Assembly: GCA_041600715.1 (NCBI GenBank)
Contig: JBFIJM010000001.1
Location: 533,425-597,424, forward strand
Length of the DNA stretch: 64,000 nt
DNA from: Candidatus Saccharimonadales bacterium
Lineage (GTDB): Bacteria > Patescibacteriota > Saccharimonadia > Saccharimonadales > 2-12-FULL-41-12
Direction of reading: 5' to 3'
The notes beneath the pieces were generated by a model. It ran no database searches. It saw only the letters and a list, made by a program, of their open reading frames with translations, and had not been told where the DNA came from. Shown one piece after another: positions 7,705 through 16,756 of the stretch (its first letter is position 1; every line of letters starts with the position of its first letter). The position numbers and the translations under genes were made by a program.

Positions 7705-8634
7705 ATGACTAGGATCAAGTCTCTAGGTGAACCAGTAATAGCTACTTATAGTCTTACTAAAATATATCCTGGGTCATCTATACCGGCGCTTGATAAACTA
7801 TCAATTAAAGTCCACGCCGGCGAGGCGTACGGTTTTATTGGCCCTAATGGTGCAGGTAAATCAACAGCCATAAGAATGTTAATGGACTTTATTGTACCTA
7901 GCAGTGGTTATGCTACGGTTAGAGGCAGAGAGATAGGAAAAGATAGTTTAAAAATACGTAGTTCTATTGGCTATTTATCTGGGGATTTAGCATTGTATCC
8001 CAAAATGAACGGGCTACAGTTCCTGTCTTATATGAATAGCCTGCTCTCAATACCAGTTAGTCAGAAAATTATCGATAATCTAGCAGTACGACTTAGGGCG
8101 AACCTTTCAAAACCTATAGATGAACTATCCCGTGGTAACCGGCAGAAGATAGGTATAATACAGGCTTTTATGCACGACCCTAACGTACTAATTCTAGATG
8201 AACCTACAAGTGGCCTTGATCCATTAGTGCAGGATACATTCTTAGAGCTAGTCGAAGAGGCAAAACAACGAAATGCCTGTGTTTTTATGAGTAGCCATGT
8301 TCTAAGTGAAGTGCAGAAAGTATGCGACCGTGTAGGAATAATAAAAGACGGAAAATTAATTAGCGAAAGTATAATTAGTGAACTCGCGGTAGAAGCATCA
8401 CAGACTATGGAAATTGTATTTGCTAAAAAAGTTCCTGTTATGGCATTACGGAAAGTGCCAGGTATAACTATCCAGTCGTATACAACTGACACGGCTGTTA
8501 TTCACACAAAGGGCAACCTGTCTCCGCTTTTTTCAGTCCTTGCTCGTTACAATGTGTCCAAAATAAACGCCAGAACTCTAGACTTAGAGGAGTCTTTTTT
8601 GCACTTTTATCAGAATGAGGAAACATCTTCATGA
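7705..8634 (+). CDS. ABC transporter ATP-binding protein
   Basis: GPNGAGKST, LSRGNRQK, LILDEPTSGLDP, SSH. Confidence 0.95.
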   Translation: MTRIKSLGEPVIATYSLTKIYPGSSIPALDKLSIKVHAGEAYGFIGPNGAGKSTAIRMLMDFIVPSSGYATVRGREIGKDSLKIRSSIGYLSGDLALYPKMNGLQFLSYMNSLLSIPVSQKIIDNLAVRLRANLSKPIDELSRGNRQKIGIIQAFMHDPNVLILDEPTSGLDPLVQDTFLELVEEAKQRNACVFMSSHVLSEVQKVCDRVGIIKDGKLISESIISELAVEASQTMEIVFAKKVPVMALRKVPGITIQSYTTDTAVIHTKGNLSPLFSVLARYNVSKINARTLDLEESFLHFYQNEETSS

Positions 8635-9425
8635 AGACAATAATTAAGTGGACAATATGGCAACGACGATGGAGCACAGTGTGGTGGTCTGTTGGTGTAT
8701 CTATGTTCGTCTTTATAAATATGATCTTTTACCCTAGCTTTAAGAATCAGGCTGAGGAACTCCAAAAAGGCTTCGAGAACTTGCCCGATGTAGCAGTACA
8801 ACTTTTTGGCGGTAGTACCGACTTCTTTTCGCCAGTTGGTTTCTTGAATAGCCAGATATTCTTCCTTATGCTCCCCCTACTATTAAGTATCTTGGCGATT
8901 TCTTTAGGTAGTAGTCTACTAGCTAAAGAAGAACAAGACAAAACAATTGACTTACTGCTGTCTCGCCCTATTAGTCGTTCAAGACTACTAGCTTCTAAGA
9001 TGTTATCAGGGATCATCATTTTAGGCATTGCAACGACGACTGGGCTTATAACTATCATAATTACGGCAAGAATTGTGGAATTAGAGGTAGGCCCGGCAAG
9101 AATTGCTATAGCTACACTGTTATGCTTCTTGTTAGCGCTAAGTTTGGGAGCAATTTCTTACGCCCTAACAGCCTCAGGCAGATCTAGAACTATCAGCCTT
9201 AGCGTAACTTCAGTAATTGCACTAGGAGGTTACTTAGTAAGCTCGCTGGCTGGAACAGTAAGTTGGCTAGCTACCCCCGCAAAGTTATTCCCCTTCAATT
9301 ATTATCAGCCAGAATCTTTGTTACTAGGTAGCTTCAGCTGGATGAACCTTTCTATATTAGCAAGCTCCATCGTTCTATTAGGCGCAGTATCTGTTTACGC
9401 ATTCAAGCGTAGAGACATTTACTAA
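8631..9425 (+). CDS. ABC-2 type permease
   Basis: About six TM helices, EEQDKTIDLLLSRPISRS motif, ends FKRRDI; overlaps the ATPase stop. Confidence 0.9.
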   Translation: MKTIIKWTIWQRRWSTVWWSVGVSMFVFINMIFYPSFKNQAEELQKGFENLPDVAVQLFGGSTDFFSPVGFLNSQIFFLMLPLLLSILAISLGSSLLAKEEQDKTIDLLLSRPISRSRLLASKMLSGIIILGIATTTGLITIIITARIVELEVGPARIAIATLLCFLLALSLGAISYALTASGRSRTISLSVTSVIALGGYLVSSLAGTVSWLATPAKLFPFNYYQPESLLLGSFSWMNLSILASSIVLLGAVSVYAFKRRDIY

Positions 9426-9472
9426 AATAAAAGAATAGCCAGTACTTTCTTTATAAATGCTAAAATAGCTGT

Positions 9473-9949
9473 ATGAATTATCCAAAAGCAGACCATTCGC
9501 TTATAAAAAAAGCTCACGACTTTATTAAAAAACATCCTATGGGAGTGCTATCTACGGTAGCAAACGATAAACCATGGGGGGCTGCAATTTACTATGTGGC
9601 AGATGATGATTTTAATTTCTTTTTTGTTACACGCGCTAAGACAGAAAAATTTAAAAATATTGATCATAACCCTTTTGTGTCACTCACAATTGCTGACCCC
9701 GAAACACAAACTACTGTGCAAGCAAGTGGCGCTATCTCTAAAGTACCGAGCAAAGATATTATCGACATCGTTTTTAAGAAACTAGCTTCGATACGCCCTA
9801 AAGACGACATCAATTGGCTACCACCTGTCATAAAAGTTCATCAGGGTGACTGGATGATCTTAAAGCTAACTCCGAACTATGCCCAATTCGCTGAATACCA
9901 AGAACTAAAGTCAGATATTAACGATAGTTATATCAAGCAAATAGTCTGA
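9473..9949 (+). CDS. Pyridoxamine 5'-phosphate oxidase-like FMN-binding protein
   Basis: GVLST..KPW...FVT..TEKFKNI..NPFVSL split-barrel signature. Confidence 0.85.
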   Translation: MNYPKADHSLIKKAHDFIKKHPMGVLSTVANDKPWGAAIYYVADDDFNFFFVTRAKTEKFKNIDHNPFVSLTIADPETQTTVQASGAISKVPSKDIIDIVFKKLASIRPKDDINWLPPVIKVHQGDWMILKLTPNYAQFAEYQELKSDINDSYIKQIV

Positions 9950-9985
9950 TCTACTCAACCTATTTAAAGATTGGTAGTAAATTAT

Positions 9986-10111
9986 TTATGAAGTTTCGAT
10001 AAAATCTATGGTTGTATCGTTCATTTTGATGTCTTTTTGCCCAAACAACGCACTTACATACTTGAACCCCCACTTTATTTGATGCCTGCGTACAAATAAG
10101 CTAGTATTCAT
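9986..10111 (-). CDS. Putative small protein (41 aa)
   Basis: MNTSLFVRRHQIKWGFKYVSALFGQKDIKMNDTTIDFIETS*; starts 4 nt after the upstream small ORF. Confidence 0.35.
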   Translation of the reverse strand: MNTSLFVRRHQIKWGFKYVSALFGQKDIKMNDTTIDFIETS

Positions 10112-10115
10112 ACAA

Positions 10116-10289
10116 CTACCACCTGTATTGGTTTTTATGCTTCATGCTCTGGACCTGATGTACTCTATGAAGCCGTCTCTCAAGCTCTACCCATGATCTA
10201 TAAGGTATATCTAATATTTCAGATCTTAATGACTGTTCCGCGTGTGTTTTACGTGCCTCATGCTTAGAAATTCGTTTATTTTTTAACAT
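10116..10289 (-). CDS. Putative small basic protein (57 aa)
   Basis: MLKNKRISKHEARKTHAEQSLRSEILDIPYRSWVELERRLHRVHQVQSMKHKNQYRW*; AAGGAG RBS 6 nt upstream. Confidence 0.55.
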   Translation of the reverse strand: MLKNKRISKHEARKTHAEQSLRSEILDIPYRSWVELERRLHRVHQVQSMKHKNQYRW

Positions 10290-10364
10290 ATCTAACTCCT
10301 TATTAGCACTTATAAGTATCGGCTATGAGCGTCAATAATAAATTGAGTAGTAACACATATACAT

Positions 10365-10380
10365 TGTGATACTGGTCACT
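10365..10380. promoter_or_regulatory. CRP-type box
   Basis: TGTGA-TACTGG-TCACT between the divergent small ORFs and the Crp/Fnr gene. Confidence 0.65.
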
Positions 10381-10436
10381 TACGTTGCTACCCTTCATTT
10401 AAGGATATATAGTTTACTTTGAAAGCTAGGTGACAT

Positions 10437-11090
10437 ATGAATGCTGTAGTATCCAAAAAGATAGAAGAGTTTTTTAGTAGATACAAATCTCGTAACTACC
10501 ATCATGGCCACATATTAATTCTCCACGGAGATTTACCGGAGTATATTTTTTATTTAATTAATGGAAGAGTAAAACAAACAGATACTACATATCGTGGAGA
10601 TGAGATTATCCTCAATACATTTAAACCTCGTGCGTTTTTCCCCATGTCTCTTGCTATTAATAAAGGAGCTAATCCGTACACCTACGAGGCAGAGACAGGT
10701 ATTGAAGTTAGGCAAGCTCCTACAAACGATGTTTTGGACTTTTTGAAGCAAAATCCTGATGTTACTTTGGATCTTCTTTCACGAGTATACATAGGAACAG
10801 ATCAACTTCTCGGTCGAATTACTCAACTAATGTCAGGTAGTGCTAAAAGCAGATTAATATATGAGCTCCTACTTGAAGCAAGACGATTTGGAGAGATAGA
10901 CCGTACAGGCATAGGCTCGTCTCTTAAAATACGAGAGAAAGATCTAGGAGCTCATGCAGGATTATCTCGAGAAACGGTTAGCAGAGAAGTTGCAAAGCTG
11001 AAAGCCGAAGGTCTTATTTCTGTAAAAAGAGGCGGTATACATATTACTAATGTAAGTATACTGGAACAAAAACTCGGACAAGATTTTTAG
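10437..11090 (+). CDS. Crp/Fnr family transcriptional regulator
   Basis: cNMP-binding barrel plus HTH with GLSRETVSR recognition helix. Confidence 0.93.
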   Translation: MNAVVSKKIEEFFSRYKSRNYHHGHILILHGDLPEYIFYLINGRVKQTDTTYRGDEIILNTFKPRAFFPMSLAINKGANPYTYEAETGIEVRQAPTNDVLDFLKQNPDVTLDLLSRVYIGTDQLLGRITQLMSGSAKSRLIYELLLEARRFGEIDRTGIGSSLKIREKDLGAHAGLSRETVSREVAKLKAEGLISVKRGGIHITNVSILEQKLGQDF

Positions 11091-11132
11091 CTTTTATTTA
11101 CCTGTCACTCACTAAAAACAATTTAGTAGTTA

Positions 11133-11171
11133 TGTGATATTAATCACCGACCACTTGTGAGATATATCATG
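11133..11171. promoter_or_regulatory. Two tandem CRP-type boxes
   Basis: TGTGA-TATTAA-TCACC (11133-11148) and TGTGA-GATATA-TCATG (11156-11171). Confidence 0.65.
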
Positions 11172-11214
11172 CGAAAATTATAAATATCGAGGTAATTTAT
11201 TAATATGGGGGAAG

Positions 11215-11583
11215 ATGATGATACAGATTACAAGAGAAGGCAGGTATGAGCTAATCGAGACTAAAAAAAATATTAAAATACTAAAATTAGATGACAGCCA
11301 GGTTTTTGCATGGCCTGAGACAAAAGCGTATGGCGAAATGCTTGTTACATCGCATAATCCTCATAGAGCTGACGCTATTTTAAGCTCAGGAAGGTATAAA
11401 TTATATAAAGTTAAGGAGGAATCATCCCTAACAGATCTTGAGCATCTAGAGCTCGAGACAGGCGAAAATCAGTGGCAAGGATACTTGCTTTTAACTGGCT
11501 TGCCCACTGATAAAAAGATTAGATCGCGTATCATTCCTACCAAACAAGTGATCACAAATAAACACCGTGTGGCAAGTCTGTAA
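11215..11583 (+). CDS. Hypothetical protein
   Basis: 122-aa ORF with GGGGAAG upstream. Confidence 0.75.
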   Translation: MMIQITREGRYELIETKKNIKILKLDDSQVFAWPETKAYGEMLVTSHNPHRADAILSSGRYKLYKVKEESSLTDLEHLELETGENQWQGYLLLTGLPTDKKIRSRIIPTKQVITNKHRVASL

Positions 11584-11646
11584 TTAGGCTGGTAGGTGTT
11601 AGAGGAGTATACTTAGTGTATAGATGCATTAAACATGGAGTAGGGT

Positions 11647-11703
11647 ATGTCAAAAGATAGAGGTAGAAAAGAAACCAAAAAACCGAAGAAAGCGAAAGAA
11701 TAG
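11647..11703 (+). CDS. Putative 18-aa Lys/Arg-rich peptide
   Basis: MSKDRGRKETKKPKKAKE*; GGAG/AGGG upstream, stop 2 nt before the next ATG. Confidence 0.5.
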   Translation: MSKDRGRKETKKPKKAKE

Positions 11704-11705
11704 TT

Positions 11706-11951
11706 ATGGCTGTAAAGAAAAGATCAAGTTTCTTCCTGAGCGAAGAAGCAATTGAAATCAAAAAAACACTTACACAAATGACTACCAGTAATAGCTATAA
11801 GACCTCGTCAACCTATAGCGCCAATAGCGAGCAGTACCCAGACAATCTTATTCCTTTCGTGGACAAGCATATGAATTATCTTAGTACCCACCCCTCAACG
11901 AACCCCCGTCATTACATTGCTAATCTGCAGTTAATGACCCGAATAGGCTAG
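11706..11951 (+). CDS. Hypothetical protein
   Basis: 81-aa ORF. Confidence 0.7.
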   Translation: MAVKKRSSFFLSEEAIEIKKTLTQMTTSNSYKTSSTYSANSEQYPDNLIPFVDKHMNYLSTHPSTNPRHYIANLQLMTRIG

Positions 11952-12023
11952 AAGTAGCTCTAGATAGTGCAGTTTGCTACTATATGTACATGAACAGTAG
12001 TCGAGCGCGGTAGTGTACGCTAG

Positions 12024-13373
12024 TTGATGATAGAACTAATTCTTATATTTATTTCTCTACTTATGGTCGGCGCATGCGGGATATTCGTTGCTTCCGAGTT
12101 CTCTCTTATTGCCGTAAATCGCAATACAGTTGATGAGCTCGTAAAAAAGGGAGATCGTCGAGCATTAGGTGTTTCTAAAGCACTAAAAACCTTGTCTACG
12201 CAACTATCTGGCGCTCAAGTTGGGATAACTATAACAAATCTTATTATCGGGTTCTTGGCAGAACCTGCTATCGCCTCTTTGATACGACCTGGACTAATAA
12301 GTAGCGGGGTCCCCCACTATATAATTTCTCCGCTTGCCCTAGGACTTGGCATAGCTATAGCGACCATTTTTACTATGCTTTTTGGTGAGTTAATTCCTAA
12401 AAACTTCGCAATATCAAAGCCACTTGCAACGGCAAAGTTTATACAAAAACCACAACTGCTATTTAGTAGTGTCATGCGAGGCCCAATTCACATACTTAAC
12501 GGTAGTGCAAATTTTGCCCTAAGAAGATTTGGCATCTCTCCAAAGGAAGAATTAGCCTCTGCAAGAACAGCTGATGAACTTCTATCTCTAGTAAAACGTT
12601 CTGCAGAGAAAGGCACATTACCCAAGGAAACTGCTCGAATGGTAGAGCGATCTCTTAATTTTGGGGAGTTAACAGCCCTCGATGCGATGACACCTCGCGT
12701 GCAAGTTGATTTTATTCAAGTTACTACAACCATCAGCGAGGTTTTAGTGCTAGCAAAAGAAACCGGTCATTCGAGATTCCCTGTCATTGGAGAAACGTCA
12801 GATGATATTAAGGGCATTGTGCATATAAAACAAGCTGTTGGTGTCCCAAGACATAAGCGGGCCCAAGTTACCGCTGACCAAATAATGAAGCCACCTGTAC
12901 TAATCCCGTCCAGTATCTTGCTCGAGTCCCTTCTAGAAGCTCTAAAGGGCAACGGAATGCATATGGCAATAGTCATAGATGAATTCGGCGGTGTCGATGG
13001 AGTGGTAACTATCGAAGACTTAATGGAGGAGTTAGTTGGTGAAGTTCATGACGAACACGACACCTCATCGCATTCAATCAAGGTCATCAGTAAAAATGCA
13101 TGGTCCGTCTCTGGGCTACTACGACCTGATGAAATAGGCGAAGATTTGGGAATATTTTTACCTGACGAAGAAGAATTCGAAACTGTGGCAGGGCTAGCTT
13201 CGCACTTACTAGAGCATGTGCCAGAACGAGGAGATGTAACCTACTCAAAAGCCGTCGATCGAAGTGGCAGGAGTCTGAATATTGAACTCAAAATTGAACG
13301 AATGGATGGTCACAGAGTAGACCGTATAAGGCTCAAGATTATGCCTGGCAAAGATACAGGAGATGGATCATGA
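12024..13373 (+). CDS. Hemolysin/CNNM (DUF21)-CBS-CorC domain protein
   Basis: FVASEFS, AQVGIT, GELIPKN, SRFPV, DEFGG..G.VTIEDL.EELVGE. Confidence 0.93.
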   Translation: MMIELILIFISLLMVGACGIFVASEFSLIAVNRNTVDELVKKGDRRALGVSKALKTLSTQLSGAQVGITITNLIIGFLAEPAIASLIRPGLISSGVPHYIISPLALGLGIAIATIFTMLFGELIPKNFAISKPLATAKFIQKPQLLFSSVMRGPIHILNGSANFALRRFGISPKEELASARTADELLSLVKRSAEKGTLPKETARMVERSLNFGELTALDAMTPRVQVDFIQVTTTISEVLVLAKETGHSRFPVIGETSDDIKGIVHIKQAVGVPRHKRAQVTADQIMKPPVLIPSSILLESLLEALKGNGMHMAIVIDEFGGVDGVVTIEDLMEELVGEVHDEHDTSSHSIKVISKNAWSVSGLLRPDEIGEDLGIFLPDEEEFETVAGLASHLLEHVPERGDVTYSKAVDRSGRSLNIELKIERMDGHRVDRIRLKIMPGKDTGDGS

Positions 13374-14413
13374 GCTTTGAGTTAGGTCTTGTTATCTCGA
13401 TACTGATGTTACTAGGAAACGCGTTTTTCGTAGGCGCAGAATTCGCTATTATCTCGGCTCGTAGAAGCAATATAGAACTATTCGCCCTAGAAGGATCACG
13501 CTCAGCAAGGATTACGCTGTCGGCAATGGAGCAAGTTTCCACAATGTTAGCCGGTGCCCAACTGGGGATTACAGTGTGTACGCTTGTTTTTGGTGCTGTC
13601 GGAGAACCGCTAGTCGCCCATCTATTAGAAGGCCATCTCCACACATTAGGGGTTTCTGATGTCTTTCTTCATCCCATCTCACTAACAGTGGCCCTAACCC
13701 TTATGGTCTATCTTCACGTAGTTATAGGAGAAATGATCCCAAAGAATATCTCACTAACTAGTCCTACAAAATCAGCACTGATACTTGCCCCACCTCTTGT
13801 CTTCTTCGTCAAAATAACAAGGCCGATCGTATATGCTCTAAACGCAGTTGCAAATGCATGCTTGCGGTTGATAGGGATAGCTCCTAACGAAGAAGTTACC
13901 AGCAGTTTTAGTCGAGATGAGGTAGCGGGCTTTGTAAAAGAATCCCACCGTGAAGGATTCTTGAGTGAGGACGAAGAACAACTATTATCAGGTGCTCTTG
14001 AGTTCGATGCGCGTAGTATCAAATCGGTTATCATGCCAATTAAAAACGTAGTCTGCGCCGATCTTGGCGCGTCTGCCCAAGATATTGAATCACTAGCCTC
14101 AAGAGCAGGTTTTTCGCGGTATCCAGTAGTTGATAAAGCTGGTGACCTTAAAGGTTATGTCCACATAAAAGATGTTATTAATGTTAGCGACGCCGACTGT
14201 AACAAACCTCTGTCAAAAAAATACATCCGTCCACTTGTAGAAGTAGCTCCTGATACATCGCTTCGACGTAGCTTATACATTATGCAACAATCCGAGACTC
14301 ATCTAGCAAAGGTTGTGGACTCAAATAAAACAACTGTTGGAATTATAGCCTTAGAAGATGTACTTGAAGAACTAGTAGGCGAAATAAGAGATGAAGGCAT
14401 AAAGTTTATGTAA
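13370..14413 (+). CDS. CNNM (DUF21)-CBS protein, partner of the upstream gene
   Basis: NAFFVGAEFA, AQLGIT, GEMIPKN, SRYPV, LEDVLEELVGE; lacks the CorC C-terminal domain. Confidence 0.93.
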   Translation: MSFELGLVISILMLLGNAFFVGAEFAIISARRSNIELFALEGSRSARITLSAMEQVSTMLAGAQLGITVCTLVFGAVGEPLVAHLLEGHLHTLGVSDVFLHPISLTVALTLMVYLHVVIGEMIPKNISLTSPTKSALILAPPLVFFVKITRPIVYALNAVANACLRLIGIAPNEEVTSSFSRDEVAGFVKESHREGFLSEDEEQLLSGALEFDARSIKSVIMPIKNVVCADLGASAQDIESLASRAGFSRYPVVDKAGDLKGYVHIKDVINVSDADCNKPLSKKYIRPLVEVAPDTSLRRSLYIMQQSETHLAKVVDSNKTTVGIIALEDVLEELVGEIRDEGIKFM

Positions 14414-14458
14414 AATACTTCACTGCAACCTCAGTAAATTTAATCATAATTAGCCTAC

Positions 14459-15010
14459 ATGCCAAATAAAAATCTATCGCTATTAAAAACCTGGGAAGGC
14501 GTAATCGCAATTGGTCTTTGCGTAATCGCACTGATTAGTTTTTCATACATCGGATTTACTCATTTTGCCAACAACAATGCAAGCTTCGCTCAAACGATAG
14601 AAGATAAACAGAATGACCCTAATGACGTCTCTGTTGTACCAGCCACAAACATACCTGAGACGACCCCTAGATCAATTGTTAGTCTTAACGAAGGACTTGC
14701 AATCAATACGCCTCCTCCTCAAGCACCACAGCCAGAGGTAGATGCAACGCCGAACAGCACTACTAAAAAAACTTGCGATAAACGTAGTATGGATCATTTA
14801 AAGCAACAGAAAAATAATAAAATAAGAGAGTCTGAAGTTACTAAGTATAGGATGCAGTCGTACTCCAATATCTACCATGGGAGTAATGGCTTCAAGAATA
14901 AGAAGGAACGTGATTCTCAGATACAACAATATGAACAAGACCATAAAGAACGTACAGAGCTTTACGAATCAGAATACCGAGCAAATATAGAGTCTATTGG
15001 TTGTTCTTAA
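14459..15010 (+). CDS. Hypothetical membrane-anchored protein
   Basis: N-terminal TM, Pro-rich linker, helical C-terminus with two Cys. Confidence 0.7.
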   Translation: MPNKNLSLLKTWEGVIAIGLCVIALISFSYIGFTHFANNNASFAQTIEDKQNDPNDVSVVPATNIPETTPRSIVSLNEGLAINTPPPQAPQPEVDATPNSTTKKTCDKRSMDHLKQQKNNKIRESEVTKYRMQSYSNIYHGSNGFKNKKERDSQIQQYEQDHKERTELYESEYRANIESIGCS

Positions 15011-15037
15011 TTTGGACTATTCTAGATAACTTACCTA

Positions 15038-15412
15038 CTAGACAGGTTCTTTATGCTTAATAGTAAGTAATCTTGCGATAAGCCCGCCTACTAGAAGATA
15101 GATGAAGATAGCGAATATTGTTTCCAGCTCGAATCTAGACTGACCGTATTGTGGCTCGTAGCTGAACAGCCCGAAGAATGGTGCCGCGAAAGGATAACTT
15201 AGTGTGTATATCAAATCAGCGAAAGCATTCTCCCTGTTAGCGCCAAGCAAAGATAGTAATACCCTAAAGGCTAATAATGTCGCTATTATCGACGTGATTA
15301 TATAGACAATCCGTGCTACAACTGTGCTCTCTGGCACCTGACTATCATCGCGCACCTCGGTATTATCATTTGATGTTTCTACTGTACGTGTTTCTCTTGT
15401 AATTTCTGACAT
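15038..15412 (-). CDS. YggT-like membrane protein
   Basis: FRVLLSLLGAN..NAFADLIY.LS.PFAAPF motif. Confidence 0.75.
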   Translation of the reverse strand: MSEITRETRTVETSNDNTEVRDDSQVPESTVVARIVYIITSIIATLLAFRVLLSLLGANRENAFADLIYTLSYPFAAPFFGLFSYEPQYGQSRFELETIFAIFIYLLVGGLIARLLTIKHKEPV

Positions 15413-15481
15413 AACTGTGGCCTCCTACTAAAATGATACGAACTATAAATCAGTAGAGCTGTTAAATAATTAACTGAGCTT

Positions 15482-16696
15482 TTAGTTGAGGTGATGTTTT
15501 CGGGACGCGAATTTAAGTACTGCAAGGCCTGCAGTAGCCGTGAGAATAGATGCTATGAAAATGGCAACTTTTGATGCATTAATATATGTCTCGTTATCAC
15601 TGAAAGCTAGCGTTGTTATAAAGATAGAAACCGTAAAGCCGATTCCTGCCAGTAACCCTAAGCCGAATATATGCAACCAGCTAAGCCCTTTTGGCAACTG
15701 AGCAAATCCTAATTTCACTACTAGCCAAGAAGCTCCAAGCACTCCTAATGACTTACCCAGGACAAGACCGAATATAATGCCTAACATTATTGGTAGCACG
15801 CCAGGCTCGTCAATTGAATCAAGCGTTAACACTACTCCGGCATTAGCAAAGACGAAGATAGGGATTACGAAGAAGGTAGAGAAAGGAAGCAAACCTTTTT
15901 CTAGTCGTTCTGCCATATAGTCTCTCCGTGAAGACAGAGCAATTGGAGCCATAATTCCAGAGATTGCTCCCGCAATACTAGCATGTATACCAGTGCTTTT
16001 AATCGCCAGCCAGAGTAGTAAGGCTATAATGATATATAACGTTGCACTATTAGGCCTGAACTTACTTGCAAGGTAGGTCAGTAGTAATACAAATACTGCA
16101 ACAAGCAACGGTCCAAAATTTATAGCAGATGAGTAAAATACGCCAATGACGAATATCGCTAACATGTCGTCGACTATTGCAAGAGTAAGTAAGAATATTT
16201 TTACAAAAGGCGGTACCCGTGTACCTAGTAATGCCAAAACTCCAACAGCAAAGGCAATATCAGTTGCGATTGGTATCCCCCAGCCACCTATTGTTGGGCT
16301 TCCATAATTAAATAATCCATATATTGTAGCTGGAAGAAGCATCCCGCCCAGAGCCGCGGTGATTGGTAATATTGCTTGGCTACGATTTTTTAGCTCGCCT
16401 TTAGTAAACTCTCGTTTTATCTCTATCCCAACCACAAAAAAGAACACAGCCATAAGCCCATCATTCACCCAGTAACGTAGCGAGTCGGTCATTGCACCAC
16501 TTCCAAACCCAATCGTAAATGTAGTTTGCCAGAATGCGTTATACAGATTTGCCAGTGGTGAATTAGCTACAATCACAGCTAAGAGTGCGAATAGTACTAT
16601 CAGCCTTCCACTCGCTGCTTCGTCCTTATAGAACAAGTTGAATAGTGGCGTTAACCTAGCTGGAATAATTTTTTTAAGAATTTTTGGTTTGGTCAT
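15482..16696 (-). CDS. nhaA: Na+/H+ antiporter NhaA
   Basis: WVNDGLMAVFF, EIKRE, ATDIAFA, LAIVDD, GIGFTVSIFI. Confidence 0.95.
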   Translation of the reverse strand: MTKPKILKKIIPARLTPLFNLFYKDEAASGRLIVLFALLAVIVANSPLANLYNAFWQTTFTIGFGSGAMTDSLRYWVNDGLMAVFFFVVGIEIKREFTKGELKNRSQAILPITAALGGMLLPATIYGLFNYGSPTIGGWGIPIATDIAFAVGVLALLGTRVPPFVKIFLLTLAIVDDMLAIFVIGVFYSSAINFGPLLVAVFVLLLTYLASKFRPNSATLYIIIALLLWLAIKSTGIHASIAGAISGIMAPIALSSRRDYMAERLEKGLLPFSTFFVIPIFVFANAGVVLTLDSIDEPGVLPIMLGIIFGLVLGKSLGVLGASWLVVKLGFAQLPKGLSWLHIFGLGLLAGIGFTVSIFITTLAFSDNETYINASKVAIFIASILTATAGLAVLKFASRKHHLN

Positions 16697-16756
16697 CTTG
16701 TAACTAGCATACCACCATGATTAATTCATAATAAACTACTACAGATATAAATACGT

